Below are positions 1 through 13,886 of a stretch of 64,000 bases of DNA, piece after piece. This DNA comes from Octopus vulgaris (lineage: Eukaryota): positions 31,744,001 through 31,808,000 of the forward strand of contig OX597842.1 in the NCBI GenBank assembly GCA_951406725.2, in the 5' to 3' direction. The position numbers were made by a program, and so were the translations under genes. The stretch's first letter is position 1; the number at the start of each line of letters is the position of its first letter. The notes beneath the pieces are model-generated. The model ran no database searches. It saw only the letters and a program-made list of their open reading frames with translations, and was not told where the DNA came from.

Positions 1-1608
1 ATTTCCATTGATCGATTTCCATTTCTGATCCTCACTTGCCTCAACGGGTCTTCACAAGTAGAGTATCGACATGCCACCGGCACTGGTAACACATCTGCAA
101 TTTCCATTGATCGATTTCGATTCTGATCCTCACTTGCCTCAACAGGTCTTCACAAGCAGAGTTTTGTGTCCCAAGAAGGGAAGGTATGCATACATAGGCT
201 GGCTCCATCCCAAGTAGAAGGCCACGGGTTATGGACTCACTTGTCCTGCCGGGTCTTCTCGCGCACAGCACACTTCCATAGGACTCGGTCTCTAGTCATT
301 TCCTCAGTGAGACCTAAAGTTCGAAGGTCGTGCTTCACCACCTCGTCCCAGGTTTTCCTGGGTCTGCCTCTTCCACAGGTTCCCTCAACCGCTAGGGTGT
401 GGCACTTTTTCACACAACTATCTTCATCCATTCTCGCCACATGACCACTACCAGCGCAATCGTCTCTCTTGCACACCACAACTGATGCTTCTTAGGTCCA
501 ACTTTTCTCTCAAGGTACTTACACTCTGTCGATTATGAACACTGACATTACACATCCATCGGAGCATACTGGCTTCATTTCTTGCGAGCTTACGCATATC
601 CTCAGCAGTCACGGCCCATGTTTCACTGCCATGTAGCATGGCTGTTCGTACACACGCATCATACAATCTGCCTTTCACTCTGTGCGAGAGGCCTTTTGTC
701 ACCAGCAGGGGTAAGAGCTCTCTGAACTTTGCCCAAGCTATTCTTACTCTAGCAGTTACACTTTCAGCACACCCGCCCCCGCTGCTGACTTGGTCACCTA
801 GGTAACGGAAACTATCAACTATTTCTAGTTTTTCTCCCTGGAAAGTGACGGAAGTTGGTCTCAGAGCATTTTCAGTGTTTATTGTTCCTGAGCATCTGCC
901 ACATACAAAAACCATCTTCCTAGTTAGCCTTCCTTTGACATTGCTGCACCTCTTATGTGTCCATAGCTTACACTTAGTGCATCTTATAGAGTTTCTACCT
1001 ACACCTTTTCTACAGATCGAGCAGGGCCATCTACCTGAAGGCGTGTGTGATTTGTCTACCTTCCTACTGATTACGACTTTGGTTTTAGCTAGATTGACTC
1101 TGAGGCCCTTCGATTCTAATCCTTGTTTCCACACCTGAAACTTCTCCTCCAGTTCTGATAGCGACTCAGCAATTAGAGCAAGGTCATCAGCATAGAGGAG
1201 CTCCCAAGGGCATCCTGTCTTGAATTCCTCCGTTATTGCCTGGAGGACTATGATAAATAGGAGGGGGCTGAGTACTGAGCCTTGGTGGACCCCTACCTCT
1301 ACCCGGAATTCTTCACTGTACTCGTTTCCAACCCTCACCCTACTAGCAGCGTCCCTATACATGGCCCGCACAGCTCTCACTAACCATTCATCTATCCCTA
1401 GTTTCCTCATTGCCCACCAGATAAGGGATCGGTGGAACCCTGTCGAAGGCTTTCTCCATGTCAACAAAAGCCAGGTACAGGGGCTTATCTTTGGCTAGGT
1501 ATTTCTCCTGCAGCTGCCTTACCAGGAATATAGCATCAGTAGTACTTTACTCTGGCACAAACCCAAACTGCATCTCATCTAAACTAACTCTCTCTCTAAT
1601 TAGTTGGG
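1..1608 (-). mobile_element. 5'-truncated RTE-clade LINE (RT core, PHD-like finger, thumb; 3' UTR runs off the left edge)
   Basis: ORFs 448..1467 and 237..479 contain GVHQGSVLSPLLF, LLYADDL, FRYLGD and RGRPRKTW. Frameshifts near 450 and 1435-1460. The 5' end abuts (TA)n. Nearly identical to 51684-52546. Confidence 0.93.
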
Positions 1609-1614
1609 CTATAT

Positions 1615-1663
<49 letters not shown>

Positions 1664-1836
1664 CATATATATATACATATGTATATATATACATATATAT
1701 ATATATACATACATACATATATATATATATACATACATATACATATATACATATATATATATACATATATATATATACATATATATATATACATACATAT
1801 ATACATATATATATACATATATATATATATACATAC

Positions 1837-1907
<71 letters not shown>
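1609..1907. repeat. (TA)n/(TACA) compound microsatellite
   Basis: Direct reading. Confidence 0.98.
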
Positions 1908-1909
<2 letters not shown>

Positions 1910-2245
1910 ATAATAAATATTAGGGAATAAATCCAAATTTACAGGGAAAAAAATCAGATTTAGGATTAAATCCAATTTTATAGTAAAATATTATAAAATA
2001 TTATTAGAGACAAAACCACTATTTTGCAAAACAAACAAGGAAAGACTTAATCAATACATAAAATTTTAATAAATAGTCAAAAAAACTGCCACTAAAACTG
2101 ATATATTGGAAGTCCACCTGAAGATTGTCGATCAAGACAAGAAACAATTGTAGTGGCGGTTTTTTTGACTATTTATTAAAATTTTATGTATTGATTAAGT
2201 CTTTCCTTGTTTGTTTTGCAAAATAGTGGTTTTGTCTCTAATGAT

Positions 2246-2252
<7 letters not shown>
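1908..2252. mobile_element. Penelope-like pLTR fragment with inverted (fold-back) duplication
   Basis: ~100-bp inverted arms 1995-2094 and 2151-2250 surround a hammerhead motif; (TA)n on both sides. Confidence 0.7.
2114..2156 (+). ncRNA. Minimal type I hammerhead ribozyme (PLE type)
   Basis: ccac-CTGAAGA-ttgtc(gatcaa)gacaa-GAA-ACAATTGT-A-gtgg: stem I ccac/gtgg, stem II ttgtc/gacaa, palindromic stem III, GUA cleavage triplet. Confidence 0.85.
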
Positions 2253-2277
<25 letters not shown>

Positions 2278-2368
2278 CATACATATATATACATATATAT
2301 ATATATATACATACATATATATATATACATACATATATATATATACATACATATATATATATACATAC

Positions 2369-2419
<51 letters not shown>

Positions 2420-2424
2420 TATAC

Positions 2425-2469
<45 letters not shown>

Positions 2470-2526
2470 CATATATATATATACATACATATATATATAT
2501 ACATACATATATATACATATATATAA
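2253..2526. repeat. (TA)n/(TACA) microsatellite
   Basis: Direct reading. Confidence 0.98.
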
Positions 2527-5500
2527 TGAATCTAGCAAAAGAACTGGAAAAAAATATCCGAGCTATCACCCACCACCATCCACCACAAATACCCCACTGC
2601 ACATGCCATTAAAAAGCAATCAAACAAACAAATCACCAAAACAATTAAAACCATCCACTCTCGCCTCAACATTTCTGCTTAATGCCCAAGGCATCAGCCC
2701 TTCCACCAATGCACAAAAATGGAAGATAAGATTCCTGGAGGACTGGGTCGAGGCCCATCCAAACCACATCCCTTTCTTCGTCCTCACTGAAACCCATCTT
2801 AGTGACCTCCACTTGGAAGCCGAGGTGAAAGTTAAAAATTTCAAAACCATTCGTGCTGATCGTGCTGGCAGAAGAAAGGGTGGGACTGCCATTTATGTCC
2901 ATGATTCATTCTCAACAGAAGCCATGAACATATTTTCGAATGGATACTGCGAAGCAGTCGCTGTATTCAGTCAAACCAACAACTTAACAGTAGTTGGGCT
3001 CTACAGACCACCCCAAACGCCCCTACCATGCTTCAAGGAATGCCTCAACAGCATAAAGTGTTTCATTCAGCAGTGTCAACCTGACAACATTTTAATGATG
3101 GGAGACTTCAACCTTCCCGGGGTTGACTGGTCTACAAACAGTCTGCCGCCAGGTTCTTCTCTCTCAACCCCTGACAGGGAGGCAGTGGAATCGCTTCTTG
3201 ACTTCATGGATGACTTCTTCTTGTCCAAACTGGTACTCGAACCAACGAGATGTCACAAAAACGTCTTAGACTTAATTTTCAGCAATCACACTGATACTAT
3301 CCACAATATTGCAGTGGAGAAAACCCTACTCTCCGACCATGACATGGTTCTCTGTGATCTGAGATTTCACTGGCCAAAATGCAAAACAAATGTCATCCCT
3401 CCTGTTCATCCATTTGACACTATGGATTTCCTCAATGCAAACTGGGAAGCGATCAATAATGATCTTGCACAAGTCGATTGGTCCTTCACGCACACATACA
3501 CACCCACTAGCATTAAAAAGTCCTGGCAGTCACTTGTAGACACCATCATGAACATATGTGCAAGACACACCCCATTAAGATCTGCAAACAAATCTAAGTG
3601 TCGAATCCCTAGAAATAGAAAATCTCTCATAAGGAAAATTAAAAGAATCAACAAAAAGATCAACATGCTGAAATACTGTCAACAGCAACACACCAACCTG
3701 ACTGCCATCTCGTCGCTAGAGATTAAAAAACATAAACTCCAAAACAACATGATGTCTATCATCAATAGTCAGCGAAGAGCTGAAGAGGCCTGGGCCATTG
3801 AGAAGATCAAACTCAATCCCAAAGTGTTCTTTTCATTTGCAAAAAAACACAGAGTCACTGGTTCTACTGTTGGCCCTCTGATTGATGAAAATGGTACTCT
3901 TCAAGACAATGCCAAAACCATGGGAGAGATATTGCAGAAACAATATTGCTCTGTTTTCAGCAATCCTGATATGACTGATCTGGGCTGTATCAGTGATGTT
4001 ACTCCCCAATACACTTTATCGGACATAACATTTGGCGCTCCTGATGTCTTAGCAGCAATAAAGGAAATGAAGCATAATTCAGCAGTAGGTCCCGATAGGT
4101 TCCCTGCTTGTGTCTTGAAGATGTGTCAAAACCAACTTGCACCCCCTCTAGCCAATCTGTGGCGGAACTCACTGGATGCTGGATATATACCAGAGGACCT
4201 TCTATCCCAGTCTGTTGTCCCAGTTTTCAAAAAAGGAAACAAATCGCTTGCCGTGAATTACCGTCCAATCTCACTCACCTCTCATATCATCAAGGTATTT
4301 GAGAGGGTGCTGAGATCGCGTATGACTCACTTCCTTGAGAGTCATAATATGCTGAACCCCAACCAGCATGGATTCCGTAATGGGAGAGATTGCCTGACGC
4401 AGCTACTGCATCATTTTGATGACATTTTGAGAGCCTTGGGAGAAGGTTCCAACACTGATGTCATCTACCTTGATTTCAGCAAGGCCTTTGACAGGGTTGA
4501 TCATAAGATCCTTCTGAGAAAGCTGTCCAATATTGGTGTCACTGGAAAGTTGCTGCAGTGGATCAAGTGCTTCCTGTCTAACAGAACCCAACATGTTGTA
4601 GTCGAAGGAGTCAAATCCAGCCCAACCAAAGTCAGCAGTGGTGTCCCACAAGGCACTGTGTTGGGCCCACTTCTCTTCATCATCTACATAAATGATATTA
4701 CTGATACCATCAAACACAGTAACATCAGAACCTTCGCTGATGACTCCAAGCTCCAGAAGGTCATCAATGGTGTGGATGACCGAATAAACCTTCAGTCAGA
4801 CCTACTGGCTGTTGTCCAATGAGCGGAAAAGAATAACATGTTGCTAAATGAAGACAAATTTGAACTGATCCACTTTGGAAGGGAGGACGCTCTGAAACTC
4901 CCATACTCTCTTCCTTCTGGAGAAATTCTCCTGGCATCCAACAACATCAGAGACCTGGGAGTAACAGTGGACAACAACATAAGCTGGGCTACACATACAA
5001 ACAGCAAAGTTGACATGGCCCGCAGAATGTGTTCCTGGATTCTCAGAACCTTCCAGTCGAGAGATTCCCACGCTATTATCCTTCTCTTCTCCACTTTTGC
5101 CCGACCCCACCTTGAATACTGCTGTCCACTGTGGTCTCCCTACACAAAACAAAATATTATGAGAATTGAAGCTCCCCAAAGGTCAATCACAAAAAAGATA
5201 GATGGCATGTCAGACCTTGACTACTGGGGTAGACTAGAGAAGCTGAAATTGTATTCACTCCAACGACGCCGTGAACGCTACATTATCTGTATGATGTGGA
5301 AAATATTCCACCAGCACTGTCCGAATGATGTTGGCATCACCTTCAAAATGCATCCAAGGCTTGGACCACGTGCCATCCGTCCACAACAAAAATCTAAATC
5401 GCATCACATAACGACAATACGGCACAACTATTTCACCTCAATTGGACCTGCTCTCTTCAACATTACACCAGGGCACGTCAAAAAAGAAACTGACCACACA

Positions 5501-5692
5501 AAATTCAAGAAGTCTTTGGACAAATTCCTTCAAACAGTACCGGACAAACCACCCACACCCGGATATGTCTCCACAAACAATAACTCTGCTCGAATGGGCC
5601 TTGGTGCCCAAATCCTGAACTGAAAGACTTCACCAGGTGGTGCTATTAAGTTAGACATGGCCTGGGCCAATACTGGCCAAAACCTTTCTAAG
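2527..5692 (+). mobile_element. APE-RT LINE (CR1/L2/Proto2-like group, clade unresolved), essentially complete ORF2 with one nonsense codon
   Basis: APE motifs LLNAQG, LTETHL, GLYRPP, GDFN, LSDH. RT motifs [35 protein letters not shown] at 4820-4822 sits where paralogues have Trp. In-frame continuation to 5623 with SLQRRRERY. Confidence 0.92.
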
Positions 5693-6753
<1,061 letters not shown>

Positions 6754-9700
6754 TTACTCTTTTTACTCTTTTACTTGTTTCAGCCATCCGGCTGAGGCCA
6801 TGCTGGGGCACCGCCCTTGTTGCTACCCTCTCTAAGTCCAGTTTGCCGTGGCTGGCCACTGATCTAAGAGAGAGTTTGTAGCTGCTGCCCTTAGGTTACC
6901 TTCGTACCTTGCAGTGGGTTCATCTGGGATCCCGGAAAGCAGCTTGTCTAGATGCTTTTTGAAAATGTCCACATCCGCATCATGTAGATCTCTTAGTTTT
7001 CTTGGCAGTTTGTTGAACAGCTGAGGGACCCTGAACCCCAGGCTATTACAGTATCTGCTCCTTACCCTGGATGTGGAAGACGGGACCTTTGGCACCACAC
7101 AGTGACGTCCTGTACGGGGATTGGAACAGCTCTCAATTCCAAAATTTGGTGCTAGTCCCTCCAGGATTTTCCATATGTATATCACTGCATATCTCTCTCG
7201 TCTTCGTTCCAAGGAGTACAAATTGAGTTCCCTAAGCCTCTCCCAATAGTTCTTTTCTTTCATGGTGGAAATCCTCTTGGTGAAATGTCTTTGGATTGTC
7301 TCAAGCTCTGTGGTTAGTTTGACACTATGCGGTGACCACAGTTGGGAGCAGTAGTCCAGGCGGCTTAGGACAAATGTCCTCCATAGTGTCAACATGGTCT
7401 CGCAGTCTCTTGTCCGGAATGTCCTCAGGATCCAGCCAGTGAGTCGTCTGCACATTGTCGCCACCTTCGCGATGTGTGAAGAAAAAGATGCATCGTCACT
7501 CATGTCTATCCCCAGGTCCCGTATTGATTTCGATACTGGGATTTCGATCCCTCCTGGACCAGTATAGTTGTGTTGTAATGTATATGTGTTTACAGCTTGA
7601 TATTGTAAGGCTTGAAATTTACCAGCATTAAATTGCATGTTGTTGTCTTCAGCCCATTTGTATATGGCATCCAGATCTTGTTGTAAAAGGTCAGCATCAG
7701 CTGGGTTTTTGATTGCCTGTGCTACCTTTGTGTCATCAGCATAGCTAGTGAGGGATGTTGTTTGTGCTACCAAGGGCATGTCAGAGAGCGCCACCAAAAA
7801 CAGCAAGGGTCCCAAGACTGTGCCCTGTGGCACCCCGCTTGCTATTGGTGTCTTTCTCGAGAGGGCTCCATTGGCTGCAACCATCTGGCTTCTGTCCTTC
7901 AGGAAGTCATGTATCCACTCACCTACTTTTCCTGTTATGCCGAGTCTGAGTAATTTGTGACATATCACTCCGTGGTCGACTTTGTCAAAGGCCTTCGCAA
8001 AGTCGAGATATACCACATCCACCTGTGAGCGATCCAGTAGTTGTTTCAGTACCCAGTCGTAGTGTTGTAACAGCTGCGTAAGGCAGCTTCTTCCTGGGCG
8101 AAAGCCATGCTGTGTGTCAGTGAGACGGTTAGTTTCTTCGAGGAACGTGATCAGTTTTTTTCTGATGATTCGTTCCATGACCTTACTTATGTGTGACGTC
8201 AGGGAGACTGGCCTGTAGTTTTTGGCCTCTGCTCTACTCCCTCCTTTGTGGATAGGGCATATGGTGCCTTCTTTTAGCGCCCTGGGCAGTTTACTGTTAG
8301 CCAAGGAACCACTGAAGAGCTTCTTCAGTGGTCCCGCTAGGGCATGCCTGCATGTTTTTAGGAGGACTGCTGGGAATCCATCTGGTCCAGCAGCTGAGTT
8401 TATTCTCATTTCTTCTATGGCAGATATTACATCCCTCTCTGTTATGTCTATGTGGTCGATGGTTGTTGTTTGGTTTTGGAGTGTTGTGGCATCAAAGAAA
8501 ACTTCTGGGTTTGTGATTTGCATGTGCCCCAGAGGGGATGTGAACACACTTTTATACTGTTCCTTTAGTATTTCACTTATCCCTTAGGGGTCCTCAGTTA
8601 GAGAGCCCTTTTTATCAAAGAGTGGGCCAATCTTGCAGTGTACCGAGGTGGTTTCTTTCGCAAATTTAAAGAAGGCTTTAGGGTTTGTTTTAATATTCTC
8701 TATGGCCCTGGCTTCTCTCTCTGCCCTCTCCTTCTCATAGGAAAGTTTGAGTGCAGTTTCCGTTTCAAAAAGTTTCAGGTGGAGTCCCTCATTGTTTCTC
8801 TGCCGTGCATTCAGTTGCTTCGAGAACTTAGCTCTTCGCCTCATAAGTATTTTCCTGTCTCTGGGAATAACGTTCCTATGCCCGCTGGCTTTTTTCTCCG
8901 GGACAAACTTATGGCATATGTTCTGTATTGTTGTCATGAAATGTTGGAAATGTGTGTTGGTGTCTTGTGTGGTGATGAAGTCACTCCAGTCATGTTTTCG
9001 GATCTCTTCGTTGATCTTCTTCCAGTTTGCCTTATGGAAGTTTAGACTGGATAGGCCTGTGGTATTTTCTAATGGCTGCGTCTCAACTAACTCTGTTGTG
9101 ATCTGAGAGAATTGTTGGTGTTACCATTATGTTGTGGATGAGCATCGGGTTGCTTGTGAAACAGAGGTCCAAGACATTCTCACCTCTTGTTGGCCGAAGC
9201 ACTGCTTGTTCCATGAAAAACTTGCGTGTGAGAGCCAACAAGGACTCTGTCTGTCTCTGTTCAAGTGATGTCATTCCAGGGAGGAGATGGCCATCTGGCC
9301 ATTTGACTTTCGGAAGGTTAAAATCTCCCAGCAGTAGAATGGTGTTACCCTGGTCCAGTTTGTCCAGGACTTCTTCTATTCTTCTGAGGCTATCTTCAAA
9401 CACTCCTTCATGACTAGGGGTGTCTGGTGGCCGATATGTGACACATATTACTATTTTCGGTTGTTTCATGTGTACTATCAGTGTGTCACAGACTGAGTTT
9501 GAGTGTGTCAACAGTACTATGGGTGTGACATCTTCACGGACGTACAGGGCAACCCCACCATGAGTTCTTTCCTTCCTGTCTGACCGAAAAACAGTATACT
9601 TTGGTATGTGTATTTCTGCATCTGCTATACTGCTTGACAGGTGCGTTTCAGTCAGCGCTATGCATATTGCATGGTTGCTTGTGCTTAAGTCCCTAAGGTA

Positions 9701-9777
9701 AGGAATTTTACTCATATTAGTGGGTTTCACCAGACCTCTGACATTCAGCAGAAGCACTGGTGAGATATTTGGGGTGT
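6754..9777 (-). mobile_element. APE-RT LINE, same group, ORF2 nearly complete but disrupted
   Basis: ORFs 9083..(9775) APE (LLNVRG, LTETHL, GDFN, SDHN), 8584..8937 and 6832..8547 RT ([13 protein letters not shown]). 3' tail AGTAAAAGAGTAAAAAGAGTA. Confidence 0.92.
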
Positions 9778-9830
9778 CAAATATCTCACCAGTGCTTCTG
9801 CTGAATGTCAGAGGTCTGGTGAAACCCACT

Positions 9831-9835
<5 letters not shown>
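9714..9835. repeat. Perfect 58-bp inverted repeat with 6-nt spacer at the LINE 5' junction
   Basis: 9714-9771 is the exact reverse complement of 9778-9835; spacer gggtgt. Confidence 0.95.
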
Positions 9836-10310
<475 letters not shown>

Positions 10311-12862
10311 CACCATCAGCAGGCACAGGTGGAGTCCCTGCTCCATCTCACAAATACCTCTTTCATGGAGCAAATAGTTCTGCAACCAACAAGGGCAGAT
10401 AATATACTGGATCTCTGCTTCACAAACAATATGGATATTATCCATAATGTTAATGTGATGCCGACAATGATCTCGGATCACAACATAATAGAGCTGTCTA
10501 TGTATGGAACAAAAGCCCCAGCAGACACACAGCCTATACGAAGCACCTACCATCTCTCCAACTTAAACTTTCATAAAGCCAACTGGAAGTCGATTGAGAA
10601 AGAGATCCTCAAACAGGATTGGCCTGAATGTCTCTCCACACCGGACATAAACATGAAACACAAACACTTCATGTCCATAATACAAGCCATATGTGACAAA
10701 TATGTCCCAATGTGCAGGGCCAGCACACACAAGAACAAAAACAGGATCCCTAGAGAAAGGAGGATTCTTATGAGACGACGGACAAGGATTGCAAACCGCC
10801 TGAGCAAGCACACCAAAAGTGGTGAGAAGTCTCGGCTCGAAAGAATGCTAATGGAAACTGAGAAAAGTCTACATCAGTCCCATGAAAAGGAGAGAGCAGA
10901 TAAAGAAGCTTGGGTAATAGAAAATATAAAATCAAACCCTAAAGCTTTCTTTAAGTTTGCCAAAGAGACAGCCACAGTGCACCAGAGAATAGGACCTCTC
11001 TTCCAAAAAGATGGCTCTCTCACAGGAAATCCCACGAGGATAAGTGAAATACTGAACGAACAGTTCCAAAGTGTGTTCACTACACCTCTAGGACACAGGC
11101 AAGTAAACAACCCAGAAGAATTCTTTGCCACTTTACCAGCGGCCAAAGAGACAAAAATTGAGTACATCAACATCGAAGAAGATGATATCACACTAGCCAT
11201 TGATGAGATTGACACAAACTCAGCTGCTGGACCTGATGGATTCCCAGCGATCCTTCTCAAATCGTGCAAACGAGCCCTTGCAAAACCGCTACAGCTTCTT
11301 TTTCAGAGCTTTCTTGCAAGTGGTAAGCTCCCAGTCAAACTGAAAGAGGGGGTAATATGCCCTATCCATAAGGGAGGTAGCAGAGCAGATGCTAAAAATT
11401 ATAGGCCTATCTCTCTGACCTCACACATCAGCAAAGTCATGGAACGAATAGTCCGTAAGAAACTAATCATGTTCCTTGAAGAAAATGACTTACTGTCTGA
11501 CACCCAGCATGGATTTCGACCAGGTAGAGGCTGCCTAACACAGCTCCTGCAACACTATGACTGGGTGTTGAAACAGCTACTAAATGGCTCAAATGTGGAT
11601 GTAATATATCTTGACTTTGCAAAAGCCTTTGATAAAGTCGACCATGGTATGATCTGTCACAAACTGCGTGGTCTCGGCATAGGCGGGAAACTTGGAGAGT
11701 GGCTGCACAACTTCCTAAAAGACAGAAAACAGGCAGTTGTGAGCAATGGAGCCACCTCCAGGGAAACGCAAATAACAAGCGGTGTCCCACAGGGGCACTG
11801 TCTTGGGGCCACTGATGTTCATAGTGGCCCTTTCAGACATGCCTTCAGTTGCTACGATGACCATCCTTGCTAGCTATGCAGATGACACAAAAGTCTCCCA
11901 CGCAATACAAAACCCTGAAAATATTGCGCATCTGCAACATAAGCTGGACACAATATACAGGTGGGCTGAGGACAACAACATGCAGTTTAATGCAGGTAAG
12001 TTCCAGGCCCTGCGCTACTGGCACACAAAGGTAAATGACGTGAAGACTGGATACACTGGCCCAGGAAGAATTGCAATCCCTGAGTCAAAATCAGTGCGTG
12101 ACCTGGGCATTGACATGAGCAATGATGCATCTTTCCAAATGCATATTGCTAATCTGGTGATAAAATGCAGACGGCTAGCTGGATGGATTCTCCGAACTTT
12201 CAGAACAAGAGAGAAGGAGACACTGATGGTCCTATGGAAAACATTTGTCCTCAGCCGCTTGGACTACTGCTCCCAACTTTGGTCACCACACAATATAAAA
12301 CAAACAGCAGAACTCGAAGCAACTCAGAGAAGCTACACAAAGAAAATCGTCTCAATGCAAAATGTCAGCTACTGGGAAAGACTGAAGGTATTAAACCTCT
12401 TCTCCCTGGAGCGGAGGCGGGAGAGATATGCAGTGATATACATCTGGAAAATCCTGGAGGGTCTTGTCCCAAACTTTGGCATTCAAAGTTACTCCAACCG
12501 CAGAACGGGGCGCCGCTGCGTGGTGCTAAGGATTCCAACATCACCATCAAAATACAGGTCCAGATACTGCAACAGCTTGGGTTTCAGAGGACCACAGCTC
12601 TTTAACATCCTCCCTAAATGCCTGAGAGACTTACATGGTGTGGATGTGGGTTTCTTTAAAACTAAACTGGATCTCTTCTTGTTGGGAGTCCCAGATGAAC
12701 CTACCTCACGACAGGAGACACGGATGCGGGCAGCAGCATCGAACTCCCTTGTTGATCAAGTGCCACGTATCAGAGGTGGATTCACAAACTAGTGTAGCTC
12801 ATTCAGCGGTGGTGCCCCAGCATGGCCGCGGCCTTCGGGCTAAAACATTTTTAAGGATTTAA
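10311..12862 (+). mobile_element. 5'-truncated APE-RT LINE, same group, one frameshift
   Basis: ORF 10329..11873 (APE C-terminus LDLCF/SDHN, RT N-half) and 11782..12792 ([13 protein letters not shown]); frameshift at GVPQG ~11795. Confidence 0.93.
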
Positions 12863-13886
<1,024 letters not shown>

